From Candidatus Sumerlaeaceae bacterium (GTDB taxonomy: Bacteria; Sumerlaeota; Sumerlaeia; Sumerlaeales; Sumerlaeaceae), in the NCBI GenBank assembly GCA_051003195.1, contig JBPCLP010000055.1, positions 32,001 to 96,000 of the forward strand: DNA of 64,000 nucleotides, written 5' to 3'. Position numbers and translations under genes: made by a program. Of this stretch, positions 49,999 to 60,608 are shown piece by piece. Under the pieces are notes generated by a model. It saw only the letters and a list, made by a program, of their open reading frames with translations. It was not told the origin of the DNA and did not search any database. Within the stretch, counting starts at the first letter, position 1. Every line of letters begins with the position of its first letter.

Positions 49999-50522
49999 TG
50001 AGCTTCTCTCCTGAGCCCATCGTTCGCCCGGATTCCTTCACCCAAAGTAAAAAGACAAAGTGGGTTGAAATGTCACCCGGCAACGACAGGAAAATTGAAC
50101 AGAATGACCTTACCTGCTCAGAAGCGGGCGGGCGCCGTTAGCAATGTAGTACAAAAGATTTGCGCCTGGCTAAGTAAGGGACTACGCTCTACCGCGGCGA
50201 GCGGCTCGGTTTCCATGGCCACATTATTTGGGAAGCAAGAAACCGCCGTACTACCTACCTCCTCAAAAAAGGAATAGTGCTGCCTGGCGAGTGAGCGGAA
50301 CTGAGCCAAACACGGTTGCGGATAATAGCTGGTTTATCCGGCCGGACTTCACCAGAAAAAACTCGGCTAAGTCAAATGAACGAGCACTGTCATGGCGCTC
50401 CTGGTCAAGTTTTATGTTTCGCAAGGCACCATCTGTAAAGCGAGCATATTCCTCTGGACCTGAAGTCACTTCTGAGACCTAACGTGCTTTAGCAGCAGCC
50501 ATGAAAGGGCATGAACTTCTGT

Positions 50523-51050
50523 ATGAGTAATTTTTTCCCGCGTCAGGCCAGGCGAGCCGATGATGAGCCTGATCTCGCGCCTGATAAATGGCCAGTCACG
50601 CAGACGGACGCTCGGCCACCCCCCCCTGACTCCGGAGAGATGCCCATCGAAGAGGAGCCTATCGCATACTCTTCCCTGTCTACTGCGATTAAAAAGTCGG
50701 TTGAGGAGCATCTGCCGGGGGCAAGCGGCCACGACGCCGTGCGGATGCAATTGGGAGAAGTTGTTCTCTATCATATCGTGGCACAGCGTGGCCGCACAGG
50801 ATTGGCTATTACCGTCTCGCCTGCCGGAGAGGTAATTGAGCTGGAACGCGACGTCGCTCCAAGCCGGGTACCGAAAGCCGTAAAGCAGGCGCTTGCCGCT
50901 TACTACCCAAACACGTTCTTCTCCAGCGCCGGGGTGATCACGATGCACTTCTACGAGTTCGAATATGAAGATGACCAACACAATCGGCGAGTTGTGCAGA
51001 TCGACGCCAGCGGACGTGTGCTTCAGGATGTGGACGAAGAAAATGCATAG
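50523..51050 (+). CDS. hypothetical protein with PepSY-like beta repeats
   Basis: VPKAVKQALAAYYP and YEFEY...VQIDASGRVL patterns. Confidence 0.55.
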   Translation: MSNFFPRQARRADDEPDLAPDKWPVTQTDARPPPPDSGEMPIEEEPIAYSSLSTAIKKSVEEHLPGASGHDAVRMQLGEVVLYHIVAQRGRTGLAITVSPAGEVIELERDVAPSRVPKAVKQALAAYYPNTFFSSAGVITMHFYEFEYEDDQHNRRVVQIDASGRVLQDVDEENA

Positions 51051-51052
51051 CG

Positions 51053-51114
51053 GGCACACAGAACTGATTACGAACTAACGGTAAATCAAGCTTGGTTACT
51101 GTCTCAGAACTTGC
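51053..51114 (+). mobile_element. MITE right half followed by a degenerate left end
   Basis: GGCACACAGAACTGATTACGAACTAACGGTAAATC matches the right half of copy 7; CTTGGTTACTGTCTCAGAACTT resembles a left end. Confidence 0.65.
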
Positions 51115-51166
51115 GACATAATTCCAGGATACCGGCTTTTTGGAATCCCCAGCCTTCAGGTTTTTT

Positions 51167-51276
51167 GCACTGAAGGTGCAGCGGAACACAGCCCAGGGAA
51201 AGGAGGCCACGGCTTTTTGTGGCCGACGCAGCCCTGGGTTACAGCACCCCCCCATTTTTCGCGCCCTGAAGGGGCG
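51167..51276 (+). repeat. REP-like composite palindrome
   Basis: GCACTGAAGGTGC and GCCCTGAAGGGGC mini-hairpins flank AGCCCAGGG/CCCTGGGTT with an inner GGCCAC/GTGGCC stem; lies between convergent genes. Confidence 0.6.
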
Positions 51277-51320
51277 CCGGAAAACGCGCAAACTTCGTTA
51301 CGAATTTCTGGGAACCCACC

Positions 51321-51890
51321 CTACGACCCGACAGCACCCTCCGCGGGCGCAGGCGAAAAAGGATTGCCCATTAGCTCCCGTAGAATTTGAGCATGCTCCT
51401 GCAGGATCGCCATTTCCTTTTCTTCTGATTCCGTCTCATGGATCGCGTGGCCGGCGGCCGTAGCCAATGTACTGGCCTCTTTGGCAGCCGCCAGCACATC
51501 AGGCTCCAATGCCAGCACAGCCATACGCGACGCACGCGCCATGATTGGTTTGTTCAAAACCGCGGCCTCTTCCGCCGCCTTTACTGCCCCTTGCCGGATA
51601 AACTCTACCGCTCCCTGTGTCGCATCACCCGCGGCGTAACGTTCGCCCAGGTCCACCGCTCGGCGACTTCTTACATCAGGCATGAACACCCACCAGCGCC
51701 GTGCACACGTGCAGATAAAAAGCCGCAGGCCTTTTCGACTGCCGCGCCCAAAGGCCTCCAGCAGCCAGAACATCCAGTCGGCTCGATGGCACTCCATCCA
51801 AACCTCTTCGAATGTCTCAAAACGCCGGGCAAACCGTCCCAGTTTTTCGGGAAATTCGAATCGGCTGAGCGCTTCGCTCACTTCGCTCAT
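51321..51890 (-). CDS. hypothetical helical protein (possible immunity-like family)
   Basis: DWMFWLL, LRLFICTCARR and DVRSRRAV..AERYAAG pattern; GGAGA RBS. Confidence 0.6.
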   Translation of the reverse strand: MSEVSEALSRFEFPEKLGRFARRFETFEEVWMECHRADWMFWLLEAFGRGSRKGLRLFICTCARRWWVFMPDVRSRRAVDLGERYAAGDATQGAVEFIRQGAVKAAEEAAVLNKPIMARASRMAVLALEPDVLAAAKEASTLATAAGHAIHETESEEKEMAILQEHAQILRELMGNPFSPAPAEGAVGS

Positions 51891-51995
51891 CCTTCTCTCC
51901 TTCCGTGGTTCTAAATACCAGCAGCACTCTGGGCAGCTTCATGTGCAAGCAAGTTGTAGCGATTTCTCAGGCAGGCTTTAGCAATCGCAGAAGCC

Positions 51996-52088
51996 TGGCG
52001 GAGAGGGGGGGATTCGAACCCCCGATAGAGGTTTACCCCCTATAACGGTTTAGCAAACCGGCGCCTTCAGCCACTCGGCCACCTCTCC
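51996..52088 (-). tRNA. tRNA-Ser(GCT)
   Basis: GGAGAGG acceptor stem, TTGCTAA anticodon loop, long variable arm, GGTTCGAATCC, encoded CCA. Confidence 0.95.
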
Positions 52089-52317
52089 ACACGTAAGGCT
52101 GAGACGGTCTCTAAAACAGTGCCTGCCGGAGTTTATTTTGCCAATCCGCCTTCTTTTCCCCACGGCTGCTTGACCCACATTCCTGCACGTTCCCGCGCCA
52201 GGCGGCCTCCTTCTCAATTCCCAATTCGCCTGCCTGGTACCATCATCCGCGATAAACACTTGCAGGCCCTGCTCAGGCCTTTATGCGTGCCCAACCGATA
52301 CAAACTAAAGGAATTGA

Positions 52318-53256
<939 letters not shown>

Positions 53257-53302
53257 GACCCCGGACAAGAGCAAAAACTTAGAAACAAAACACGGTTATG
53301 AG

Positions 53303-53335
53303 CGCGGGGTCGATGATTCGCCCCGCGATTTTTTT
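53303..53335 (+). terminator. intrinsic terminator after mdh
   Basis: CGCGGGG/CCCCGCG stem followed by T7. Confidence 0.75.
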
Positions 53336-53346
53336 ATAGGCATGCC

Positions 53347-55239
53347 GTGCACCGTTTGCACAATAGCGTGGGAAGAGGTACCTTGGCTGATATAAGCGCA
53401 TCGGGTGATAAAAAGCGTGAACGTCGCACACGGGACCGCCGCTCTAAGGACCAGGTCGAGCCGCCCCGAAAAGACGAAGGTTCGATCACGCAAGCCTTGC
53501 GCGTGCAGTTTAGCGGCGCACTCGAGCGCTTTCCATGGCTGCACCGGCCACTGCCATACCAGCTTGGTATTATAGCCCTCGTTTTTGCAGTGTTTGCGCG
53601 CGCGCTGACGTTCGATTTCGTCAATTTAGACGACAATGTAAACATCTACCACAACCCGCTTCTGCATCCGCCCACACTGCAGTCTTTATCCAGTTTCTGG
53701 AGGGCGCCCTACCAGGATCTTTACGTGCCGCTGTTCTACACAAGTCTCTGGTTTGACCAGTTAATTGGAGGCGGCCGACCTTGGGTCTTTCACCTGACGA
53801 ACCTCCTGCTCCATATCGCCTCCGCCCTGTTGGTGATGGGGATTCTCCGCCGTGTCGCCGAATCGTTCGCATTCCTGGAAGCGCTGCCGGTTCCGCATAA
53901 GGAATACCGCAAGCTGGCCGCCGCCACAGTCGGGGCGCTCGTGTTTGCATGCCATCCGGCACAGGCAGAGGCGGTGTGCTGGGTTACCGGCCGAAAGGAT
54001 GTGCTGGCCGGCTGCCTTTCACTTGCGGCAATATACGCCTACCTTGTGGCCGCAGGCCCAGCAGTCGACCTGCACGGGCTTACGCTGCAGCAGAATTTCC
54101 GTGTTCGCGGTCGATCGTACTGGCTGGCCCTGCTGTTCTTCCTGCTCGCGCTGCTGGCCAAGCCAGCCTCCGTCATGCTGCCGTTCATGATACTTGGTAT
54201 CAACACACTGCTGTTGCGGCGTCCCTTGCGAAAAGCGGTTTATAGTCTTATCCCGTGGTTCTTTATTACAGGCCTGTGGATCATCCTGACCCTGCTCGCG
54301 CAGGATGTTCCCGCTTGGATTCGACAGTTGGTACCCTGGTGGAAGCGGCCACTGCTGGCCGCCGACTCACTTGTCTTTTATATTCGACTCATGCTGTGGC
54401 CGCGCAACCTGGTGCCCGTCTATCCACGCACTGCTCCTGAAGCAGTGACCGGCATCCACTGCTGGGTTGATATCGCTATTGTCGGCCTGGCTCTCGTCGC
54501 TGCCGCATACACGTCGCGCCGTGGTTATCGCGTTCTGCCTAGTATTGTGCTGCTGTTCGTTATCCCGCTTGTTCCCGTGCTCGGGCTCATGCCGTTTCTT
54601 TATGAGGCCATTTCAACCGTGGCTAATCGTTACTTATACCTGTCTCTTCTGTCACTGGCCATCATCTACGCGTGGATGTGGCTGGCCGCCGCATCCCACC
54701 CCATCCCCCGGGCACGGCGCAGCCTGGCAGCAGGGCTCGTTCTCGTTGCCATCGGGCATGCCCTGTCTCAAACTCCGGCCCAAATCCGAAACTGGCGCAA
54801 CAGCCAGGTTCTGTGGGACTTTCAAATGCGGATCGCTCCTGGGGCCGCCCTGCCGCATGCGAATCTCGGGCAGCTCTACGCCGAGCGCGGCGACAAGGCT
54901 AGAGCCGAAGACGAGTACCGTCAGGCGTACCACCTGGACGAGAAGTTGACGCCCGCCATGGTCAAGCACGCGCTGCTTCTTCTCGAACGGGGGGAATACG
55001 CACCTGGCACCGAACTTCTCCACCGCGCGGTCCGCAGCTACCGGGAGCACGAGATTTTCGATATTCGCCTCGCAGAGGCTCACAACAACCTCGGCGTTGC
55101 CTATATGCGCCAGTCAAAATGGACTAACGCTGCCGCCGAGTTCGAAGCGGCGCTGCATATCCAGCCGGGCAATGATACATTCCGGCAAAACCTTCAGGAC
55201 ACCCTGCGCCACTTGCCTGCCGCGGAGCGGACCCGCTGA
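53347..55239 (+). CDS. TMTC-like (GT-C) membrane protein with C-terminal TPRs; start uncertain
   Basis: FVNLDD, FHLTNLLLH, HPAQAEAVCWVTGRKD, LALLAKP, NRYLYL; TPR AHNNLG. Confidence 0.8.
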   Translation: MHRLHNSVGRGTLADISASGDKKRERRTRDRRSKDQVEPPRKDEGSITQALRVQFSGALERFPWLHRPLPYQLGIIALVFAVFARALTFDFVNLDDNVNIYHNPLLHPPTLQSLSSFWRAPYQDLYVPLFYTSLWFDQLIGGGRPWVFHLTNLLLHIASALLVMGILRRVAESFAFLEALPVPHKEYRKLAAATVGALVFACHPAQAEAVCWVTGRKDVLAGCLSLAAIYAYLVAAGPAVDLHGLTLQQNFRVRGRSYWLALLFFLLALLAKPASVMLPFMILGINTLLLRRPLRKAVYSLIPWFFITGLWIILTLLAQDVPAWIRQLVPWWKRPLLAADSLVFYIRLMLWPRNLVPVYPRTAPEAVTGIHCWVDIAIVGLALVAAAYTSRRGYRVLPSIVLLFVIPLVPVLGLMPFLYEAISTVANRYLYLSLLSLAIIYAWMWLAAASHPIPRARRSLAAGLVLVAIGHALSQTPAQIRNWRNSQVLWDFQMRIAPGAALPHANLGQLYAERGDKARAEDEYRQAYHLDEKLTPAMVKHALLLLERGEYAPGTELLHRAVRSYREHEIFDIRLAEAHNNLGVAYMRQSKWTNAAAEFEAALHIQPGNDTFRQNLQDTLRHLPAAERTR

Positions 55240-55344
55240 GCTCCCGCGGCCGCTGCCTGCATGAATAAGCGCGTGCCCAGGCGTTAGGCAAGTCGGCTGC
55301 CCAGAACACAGGGCTGCTGAATGACTGAGGAATGGTAAAGAACA

Positions 55345-55533
55345 ATGGCAAAGTGCCAGGTGTGCGGCAAAGGCCCCCAGACAGGTAATAACGTAAGCCA
55401 CGCGAACAATAAGAGCAAGCGGCGCTGGTTGCCGAACCTCCAAAAAGTGCGGGCAAAAGTGGGCGGAACAGTGCGCCGTATGCACGTGTGCACCGGCTGC
55501 CTGAAATCGGGCAAGGTCGTAAAGGCCTCCTGA
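55345..55533 (+). CDS. rpmB: 50S ribosomal protein L28 (Zn-ribbon form)
   Basis: [27 protein letters not shown]. Confidence 0.97.
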   Translation: MAKCQVCGKGPQTGNNVSHANNKSKRRWLPNLQKVRAKVGGTVRRMHVCTGCLKSGKVVKAS

Positions 55534-55559
55534 AAACCCGCTGAAAGTACGTCTTTTCG

Positions 55560-55594
55560 ACGCAGGCGTGGACTTGTTCCGCGCCTGCGTTTTT
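55560..55594 (+). terminator. intrinsic terminator after rpmB
   Basis: ACGCAGGCG/CGCCTGCGT stem followed by T-run. Confidence 0.8.
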
Positions 55595-55633
55595 CATTTG
55601 GCTTCTGCCTGCGAACCATAACGCAATGTGGGT

Positions 55634-56683
55634 ATGGCAATCCGGTATCCCAGGCGTCTTAAGCTCGCTCTCACCCCAACGCCCCTTGAGTTCATGCCGC
55701 GTCTCACGCAATACTTTGGTGGACCAGAAATCTGGTTTAAGCGCGACGACCTGACTGGCTCCACGCTCAGCGGTAACAAAGTGCGAAAGCTCGAGTTCTC
55801 CCTGGCCGAGGCCGGCTCGCAAAAAGCCAGCGTTATCATTACTGCAGGCGGTATCCAAAGCAATCATTGCCGTGCCACAGCACTCTGTTGTGCACGTCTC
55901 GGTCTCGAATGCCATCTGATCCTTCGCGGCGAACCGGACGGCTCAGCCGATGGAAACCTGCTCCTCGATTATCTCGCCGGCGCAAAGCTAGCGTTCTACC
56001 CGCGCGAAGTGTACTCGACTCAGAAGCACGAAATCGCCGCGCAAATCGCAGATAAATACGCTACCGCAGGCAAAAAGTCATACTGGATTCCGGTCGGTGC
56101 ATCCAACGCTATCGGCAGTTGGGGCTATGTACGCGCATACGAAGAATTACTGCGGCAAGCTGCTCGGCAGAACCTGCACATTGATCACATCGTCAATCCA
56201 ATCGGCAGCGGTGGGACAAGCAGCGGGCTTATTGCCGGCCGCGCCCTCACCCGCGCCCGCAAGCCGCAGGTATGGGGAATAAATGTCTGCGACGACGAAC
56301 CCACTTTTCAGCACGATATCCGTCAGATCCTGGAAGAAATGAATGCGCGTTTTGATCTGCGTCTGAACGATAAGAACACCCCGGTCCAGGTGCTCGACGG
56401 TTACGTCGGCGACGGCTATGCCATACCATATGACCAGGAGATGGCCCTGATCTCTGAATGCGGCCGTCTTGAAGGCCAGATCCTCGATCCGGTTTATACA
56501 GGAAAGGCTCTTTACGGCCTCCAGCAGGAAATCCGAAAAGGGCGATTCTCTAAAAAAGAGAGGGTTGTCTTCATCCACACCGGCGGTGTGTTCGGGCTGT
56601 TTCCCCAAAAACACGGGTTCCAATTCAATGGCAGTTCGAATCGACCAAAATCCACACGCAATCCCACAGAAAGAAAACGCTGA
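55634..56683 (+). CDS. D-cysteine desulfhydrase / ACC deaminase family PLP enzyme
   Basis: KRDDLTG..LSGNKVRKL, QSNHCR, LDPVYTGKA, IHTGG. Confidence 0.9.
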   Translation: MAIRYPRRLKLALTPTPLEFMPRLTQYFGGPEIWFKRDDLTGSTLSGNKVRKLEFSLAEAGSQKASVIITAGGIQSNHCRATALCCARLGLECHLILRGEPDGSADGNLLLDYLAGAKLAFYPREVYSTQKHEIAAQIADKYATAGKKSYWIPVGASNAIGSWGYVRAYEELLRQAARQNLHIDHIVNPIGSGGTSSGLIAGRALTRARKPQVWGINVCDDEPTFQHDIRQILEEMNARFDLRLNDKNTPVQVLDGYVGDGYAIPYDQEMALISECGRLEGQILDPVYTGKALYGLQQEIRKGRFSKKERVVFIHTGGVFGLFPQKHGFQFNGSSNRPKSTRNPTERKR

Positions 56684-57363
56684 TGCCCACCGACAAGCAA
56701 ACATGGGAAAACTGGTTCAGGGATGTGTGGGCAGATCGCGAAGATCGCGTCTACCGGGAACTGTTTGGCGATATCGGGAACGCGATCCATACCATACCTT
56801 CTGTGCTGTTCGAACGAATGGGTTTTAAGCACGTTGATGAGCGCTGGCTGGTTCACGGAGTGTTCGAAAGCGCTCCCAATGAGACGCATAAAAGCTGGCT
56901 CTATGTCACTTCCTCATTGTCCAATCCGTGGGGTGCCGATCCTGAGACCATCGATCCCACTCAACCGAGCGGGCTCGGATTCGAACTTGTATTGCAGACG
57001 CCTCGGCAGGAAAGCTGGGCGATCCAGGTGTTGCACTGGCTCATGGCAATCCAGATTCTCGCTGCCAGCGGAATGGTAAAGGGCGACACGGTGCAGTTGC
57101 ACGACCGCGTGCCTCTGCAGACCTCTATTGATCCGGCAACAGAATCCGCGATGCGCCATCTCATCATTTGCGAGCCTGAACCGTTTGCGAAGCAGTTCGG
57201 CCTGCCCTCCGGAACTGTGGACCTGTTACTGTGCGTTGGTATGACGGACGCCGAGAACGAGTTCGCACGAGAGCACGGAGCACTCCCTTTGCTGCAGCTT
57301 CTCCGCGAACAGACTGACTTTCCCGTAACGGATTCCTCCCGTACATCTGTTCAGCTACCGTAA
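56683..57363 (+). CDS. suppressor-of-fused (SUFU) domain protein
   Basis: WLYVTSSLSNP, SGLGFEL, LCVGMTDAE; TGATG overlap with the upstream gene. Confidence 0.8.
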   Translation: MPTDKQTWENWFRDVWADREDRVYRELFGDIGNAIHTIPSVLFERMGFKHVDERWLVHGVFESAPNETHKSWLYVTSSLSNPWGADPETIDPTQPSGLGFELVLQTPRQESWAIQVLHWLMAIQILAASGMVKGDTVQLHDRVPLQTSIDPATESAMRHLIICEPEPFAKQFGLPSGTVDLLLCVGMTDAENEFAREHGALPLLQLLREQTDFPVTDSSRTSVQLP

Positions 57364-57418
57364 CGCCACCTGCCAAATACGCTTGCCGCCGGCAAACCCA
57401 GGGCATACGTCCAGCTGT

Positions 57419-58285
57419 ATGAAAATTCAAATTCTCGGATCCAGCGTTATAGTTCTGTCGCTACTATCCGCCACACCATCGGTGGCACAAACACCCGCCG
57501 TTCCTGCTGCTGGCACTAAGGATCCTGCCGCCATGCAACTCCTGCAGCTTTATGCTAAAGGCGCCTCGCAGATGCAGACTACCTACATGGAATCTCAATC
57601 CACGGTCAAAACGTCTGCCGGCACGATGAACCAGAATTTGAACATCAACACGCGCATGTGGCAGAAGATGCCAAACAAGACCTGCATGATTGTGCAGGGC
57701 GCCGGTAGCGATATGACGATCATATCAGACGGTCAGCAGATGATGACCTGGTTTCCCGCAAAAAAGCAGTACATGATTCAGCCGGCACCCGCAGATCCGA
57801 GCGCAGCAACCGGTGGTGCGGCCGGAGGCATGGGAGCTGGGATGGCGCAGGGAATGGCCTTCTCCCCAAAGGCGATGGAGAACATGGCGAATATGGTACA
57901 AAGCGCAACGCTTGTCGGTCCGGACACAGTAAATGGTCAGCCCGCTAAACATCTGAAGTTGAAGATGATGGGCATGGACATGGACATGTGGCTGTCGGAC
58001 AGCACGACCGCACCGCTGCCGCTACGCTCCACCATGACTATGAACACTCCGCAGATGACCATGGCATACGACAGCACTATGCGCTGGGTCCTTAACGAAG
58101 CCATTCCGGATGCCACGTTCACCGTAGCCGCACCGGCCGGTGCAACCAATATGGCCGGAGCAGCAGCAGTTGGCCCCAGGGCAACGCCCGCCAATCCTGC
58201 CGCGCAGGCGGAAGCCGTGAAAAGCGCCATGGGTCAGATGATGAGCCAGTTCCCCTCGAAGCCATCGCCCACGCCCCGCCGCTGA
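57419..58285 (+). CDS. secreted LolA/DUF2092-like protein
   Basis: signal peptide; PNK, IISDGQQM, GPDTVNGQPAKHL, MWL, IPDATF. Confidence 0.65.
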   Translation: MKIQILGSSVIVLSLLSATPSVAQTPAVPAAGTKDPAAMQLLQLYAKGASQMQTTYMESQSTVKTSAGTMNQNLNINTRMWQKMPNKTCMIVQGAGSDMTIISDGQQMMTWFPAKKQYMIQPAPADPSAATGGAAGGMGAGMAQGMAFSPKAMENMANMVQSATLVGPDTVNGQPAKHLKLKMMGMDMDMWLSDSTTAPLPLRSTMTMNTPQMTMAYDSTMRWVLNEAIPDATFTVAAPAGATNMAGAAAVGPRATPANPAAQAEAVKSAMGQMMSQFPSKPSPTPRR

Positions 58286-58337
58286 GACCCGACTAACGTA
58301 AAAAGTCCCATCCATCGATCTGTCAGGCAAGCCCTGC

Positions 58338-58497
58338 CCACCAACCACTAACCACTCCACTGCCCACTGCCCACCAACCACTCCACTGCCCACTGCCCAC
58401 CAACCACTAACCACTCCACTGCCCACCAACCACTAACCACTCCACTGCCCACTACCCACTACCCACTACCCACTACCCACTACCCACAAACCACTGC
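58338..58497 (+). repeat. heptamer-based tandem repeat (CCACYRM)
   Basis: units CCACCAA, CCACTAA, CCACT, CCACTGC, then (CCACTAC)5. Confidence 0.9.
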
Positions 58498-58552
58498 CGC
58501 TGGTCCACATCCTGCTTATATACAGGGTACTAGAACATGGAGGTCTGATAAC

Positions 58553-58681
58553 ATGAGTATTCTCAGAAGCATAGGCTCCGTATGGTTCGCGCGGCGCTTT
58601 CCTGTATTGGCAATAGCTGGAATGGCTTACGGCATGTACAAACATCATCGTTCCACCCATCCACGCCTGCGGACCCGCTGA
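58553..58681 (+). CDS. small protein, 42 aa (MSILRSIGSVWFARRFPVLAIAGMAYGMYKHHRSTHPRLRTR)
   Basis: GGAGGT RBS at 58539-58544; strong terminator directly downstream; too short for the ORF track. Confidence 0.6.
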   Translation: MSILRSIGSVWFARRFPVLAIAGMAYGMYKHHRSTHPRLRTR

Positions 58682-58693
58682 GACCCTTAAAAT

Positions 58694-58734
58694 AATGTGC
58701 CCGGCATAAGCATTCGCCGGGCACATTGTTTTTT
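58694..58734 (+). terminator. intrinsic terminator
   Basis: AATGTGCCCGGC/GCCGGGCACATT 12-bp stem followed by T-run. Confidence 0.85.
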
Positions 58735-58833
58735 GCGCCAGTGGTCCGTGCCAGGTCGCCAGGTACTGCACGATGAATGTTCTCCGGCAGCGCCAGTACC
58801 ACTGTTTCTGTGCCCGGGAGCAATTTCGGGTGC

Positions 58834-58887
58834 GTGGCAGGCAAACGCTTCAGCTTCAATGCTGAAGGAATTGCCGATACCGACCAC
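58834..58887 (+). promoter_or_regulatory. candidate L1-binding translational operator
   Basis: GTGG/CCAC, GGCAA/TTGCC and CTTCAGC/GCTGAAG nested stems ending just before the AGGAG RBS of rplA. Confidence 0.5.
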
Positions 58888-58901
58888 AAAGGAGTGCCGA
58901 A

Positions 58902-59606
58902 ATGGCAAAACATGGTAAGAAGTACGTCGACGCGTTGAAGAAATACGACGCGACGAAGAGTTATCCGCTCACCGAGGCGACGAAAGTCCTGAAGGACATC
59001 GCGTACGCCAAGTTCAACGAAACGGTCGATCTTGACCTGCGTCTTGGTGTCGATCCGCGTCACGCTGACCAGCAGGTGCGCGGCACAGTCAGCCTTCCTC
59101 ACGGCACCGGCAAAAGCGTCCGCGTTGTCGTGTTCGCCAAGGGCGAAAAGGCCACCGAAGCTGAGAAAGCCGGAGCAGAAGTTGTCGGTGCGGAAGACCT
59201 GGTTGCAAAAATCCAGGGCGGCTTCACCGACTTCGATGCGGCTATCGCTACACCCGACATGATGGGGCAAGTGGGTCGTCTGGGTAAGGTCCTTGGTCCG
59301 CGCGGCCTCATGCCGAATCCGAAGACCGGTACCGTCACGATGGATGTAGCCAAGGCAGTGGCTGAAATCAAAGCAGGTAAAGTCGAGTTCCGTGTCGACA
59401 AGACTGGCAACGTGCACGTCCCAATCGGCAAGATTCAGTTCACCGCCGACCAGATCGCACAGAATGCACAAACAGTTCTCGAGGCAATTCAGCGCGCCAA
59501 GCCCGCTGCCTCCAAAGGAACGTACATGCGCAGCATCGCCATAAGCAGTACGATGAGCCCTGCGGTTAAATTGACCTTCACACAGGCGAAGGTCGAAGCA
59601 GCTTAA
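58902..59606 (+). CDS. rplA: 50S ribosomal protein L1
   Basis: [36 protein letters not shown]. Confidence 0.98.
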   Translation: MAKHGKKYVDALKKYDATKSYPLTEATKVLKDIAYAKFNETVDLDLRLGVDPRHADQQVRGTVSLPHGTGKSVRVVVFAKGEKATEAEKAGAEVVGAEDLVAKIQGGFTDFDAAIATPDMMGQVGRLGKVLGPRGLMPNPKTGTVTMDVAKAVAEIKAGKVEFRVDKTGNVHVPIGKIQFTADQIAQNAQTVLEAIQRAKPAASKGTYMRSIAISSTMSPAVKLTFTQAKVEAA

Positions 59607-59634
59607 AACTCAGTACTAATTCCGGGTTCCCACT

Positions 59635-59667
59635 AAAGCCGCGGAGAAGTTTCCGCGGCTTTTTATT
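59635..59667 (+). terminator. intrinsic terminator after rplA
   Basis: AAAGCCGCGGA/TCCGCGGCTTT stem followed by T-run. Confidence 0.85.
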
Positions 59668-59855
59668 CATCTGTGGTCCAGAGCCCGGCGTCCATCGTGC
59701 TCGTCCAGGACTGTGACAAGACGTGGCGGGTCGGGCTCGCTGTCTCGTCCACATTAAATTCTTGTCAGCAAATTTCCAGGGGACGCAAAGTCTGACTTCA
59801 TAAGTTTCACACCGACTGCCCTTTAACTTTTTAGATGAACGGAAAGTAGCGTTGG

Positions 59856-60608
59856 ATGGACAATATTCTGCATGCACTTAGCGACCCTCAGGCATGGGTT
59901 GCACTGCTCACGCTTACACTTCTCGAAATTGTTCTCGGCATCGATAACATCGTCTTCATTTCGATTCTGGCCGGCAAATTACCGATCGACCAGCAAAAAC
60001 GCGCACGTACGACAGGCCTCATGCTGGCCATGGTTATGCGTATCATTCTACTCCTATGCATTACGTGGGTAATGGGGCTGACCAGGGACCTTTTCCGGAT
60101 ACTCGGCCAGGGAATCTCGGGAAAAGATCTCATCCTCATCGGAGGCGGCCTTTTCCTCATAGGTAAGGCAACACGCGAGATTCACGAAAAGCTCGAGGGG
60201 GCAGAGGAGGAAAAAACGGCCGCCCTGGTGCGCAAATCGTTTTGGGCAATTATCATTCAGATCATCCTGATCGATATCGTATTTTCATTAGACTCCGTGA
60301 TTACGGCCGTTGGCATGGCTAAACAGTTATGGGTGATGATCGCCGCCGTGGTGATTGCTGTCGCTTTCATGCTCGTCTTCGCCGGTCTCGTCTCACGCTT
60401 CGTCGATCGGCACCCCACCGTCAAAATGCTGGCTCTCTCATTCCTGGTCTTGATAGGGGTAAATCTGATTGCCGAGGGCTGCGGACAGCATATTCCCAAA
60501 GGATACACCTACTTTGCGATGGCTTTTGCCGTGGCCGTCGAATCGCTGAACCTGCGCTTAAGAAAAGCCACCCCCGAACCCGTCCATCTCCGGCAAAGGC
60601 CGCTCTAG
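59856..60608 (+). CDS. TerC family membrane protein
   Basis: LEIVLGIDNIVFI, DIVFSLDSVITAVG, KGYTYFAMAF. Confidence 0.92.
   Translation: MDNILHALSDPQAWVALLTLTLLEIVLGIDNIVFISILAGKLPIDQQKRARTTGLMLAMVMRIILLLCITWVMGLTRDLFRILGQGISGKDLILIGGGLFLIGKATREIHEKLEGAEEEKTAALVRKSFWAIIIQIILIDIVFSLDSVITAVGMAKQLWVMIAAVVIAVAFMLVFAGLVSRFVDRHPTVKMLALSFLVLIGVNLIAEGCGQHIPKGYTYFAMAFAVAVESLNLRLRKATPEPVHLRQRPL

Noticed and set aside
50065..50482. Short ORFs in the gap between the SpoIID-like and PepSY-like genes
   Set aside because: No convincing RBS or motif; probably divergent promoter DNA or decayed sequence.
49999..52088. Genomic island integrated at tRNA-Ser
   Set aside because: I saw no integrase and no duplicated tRNA 3' end. 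The 9-bp CTCTCCGCC match inside ftsK is expected by chance.
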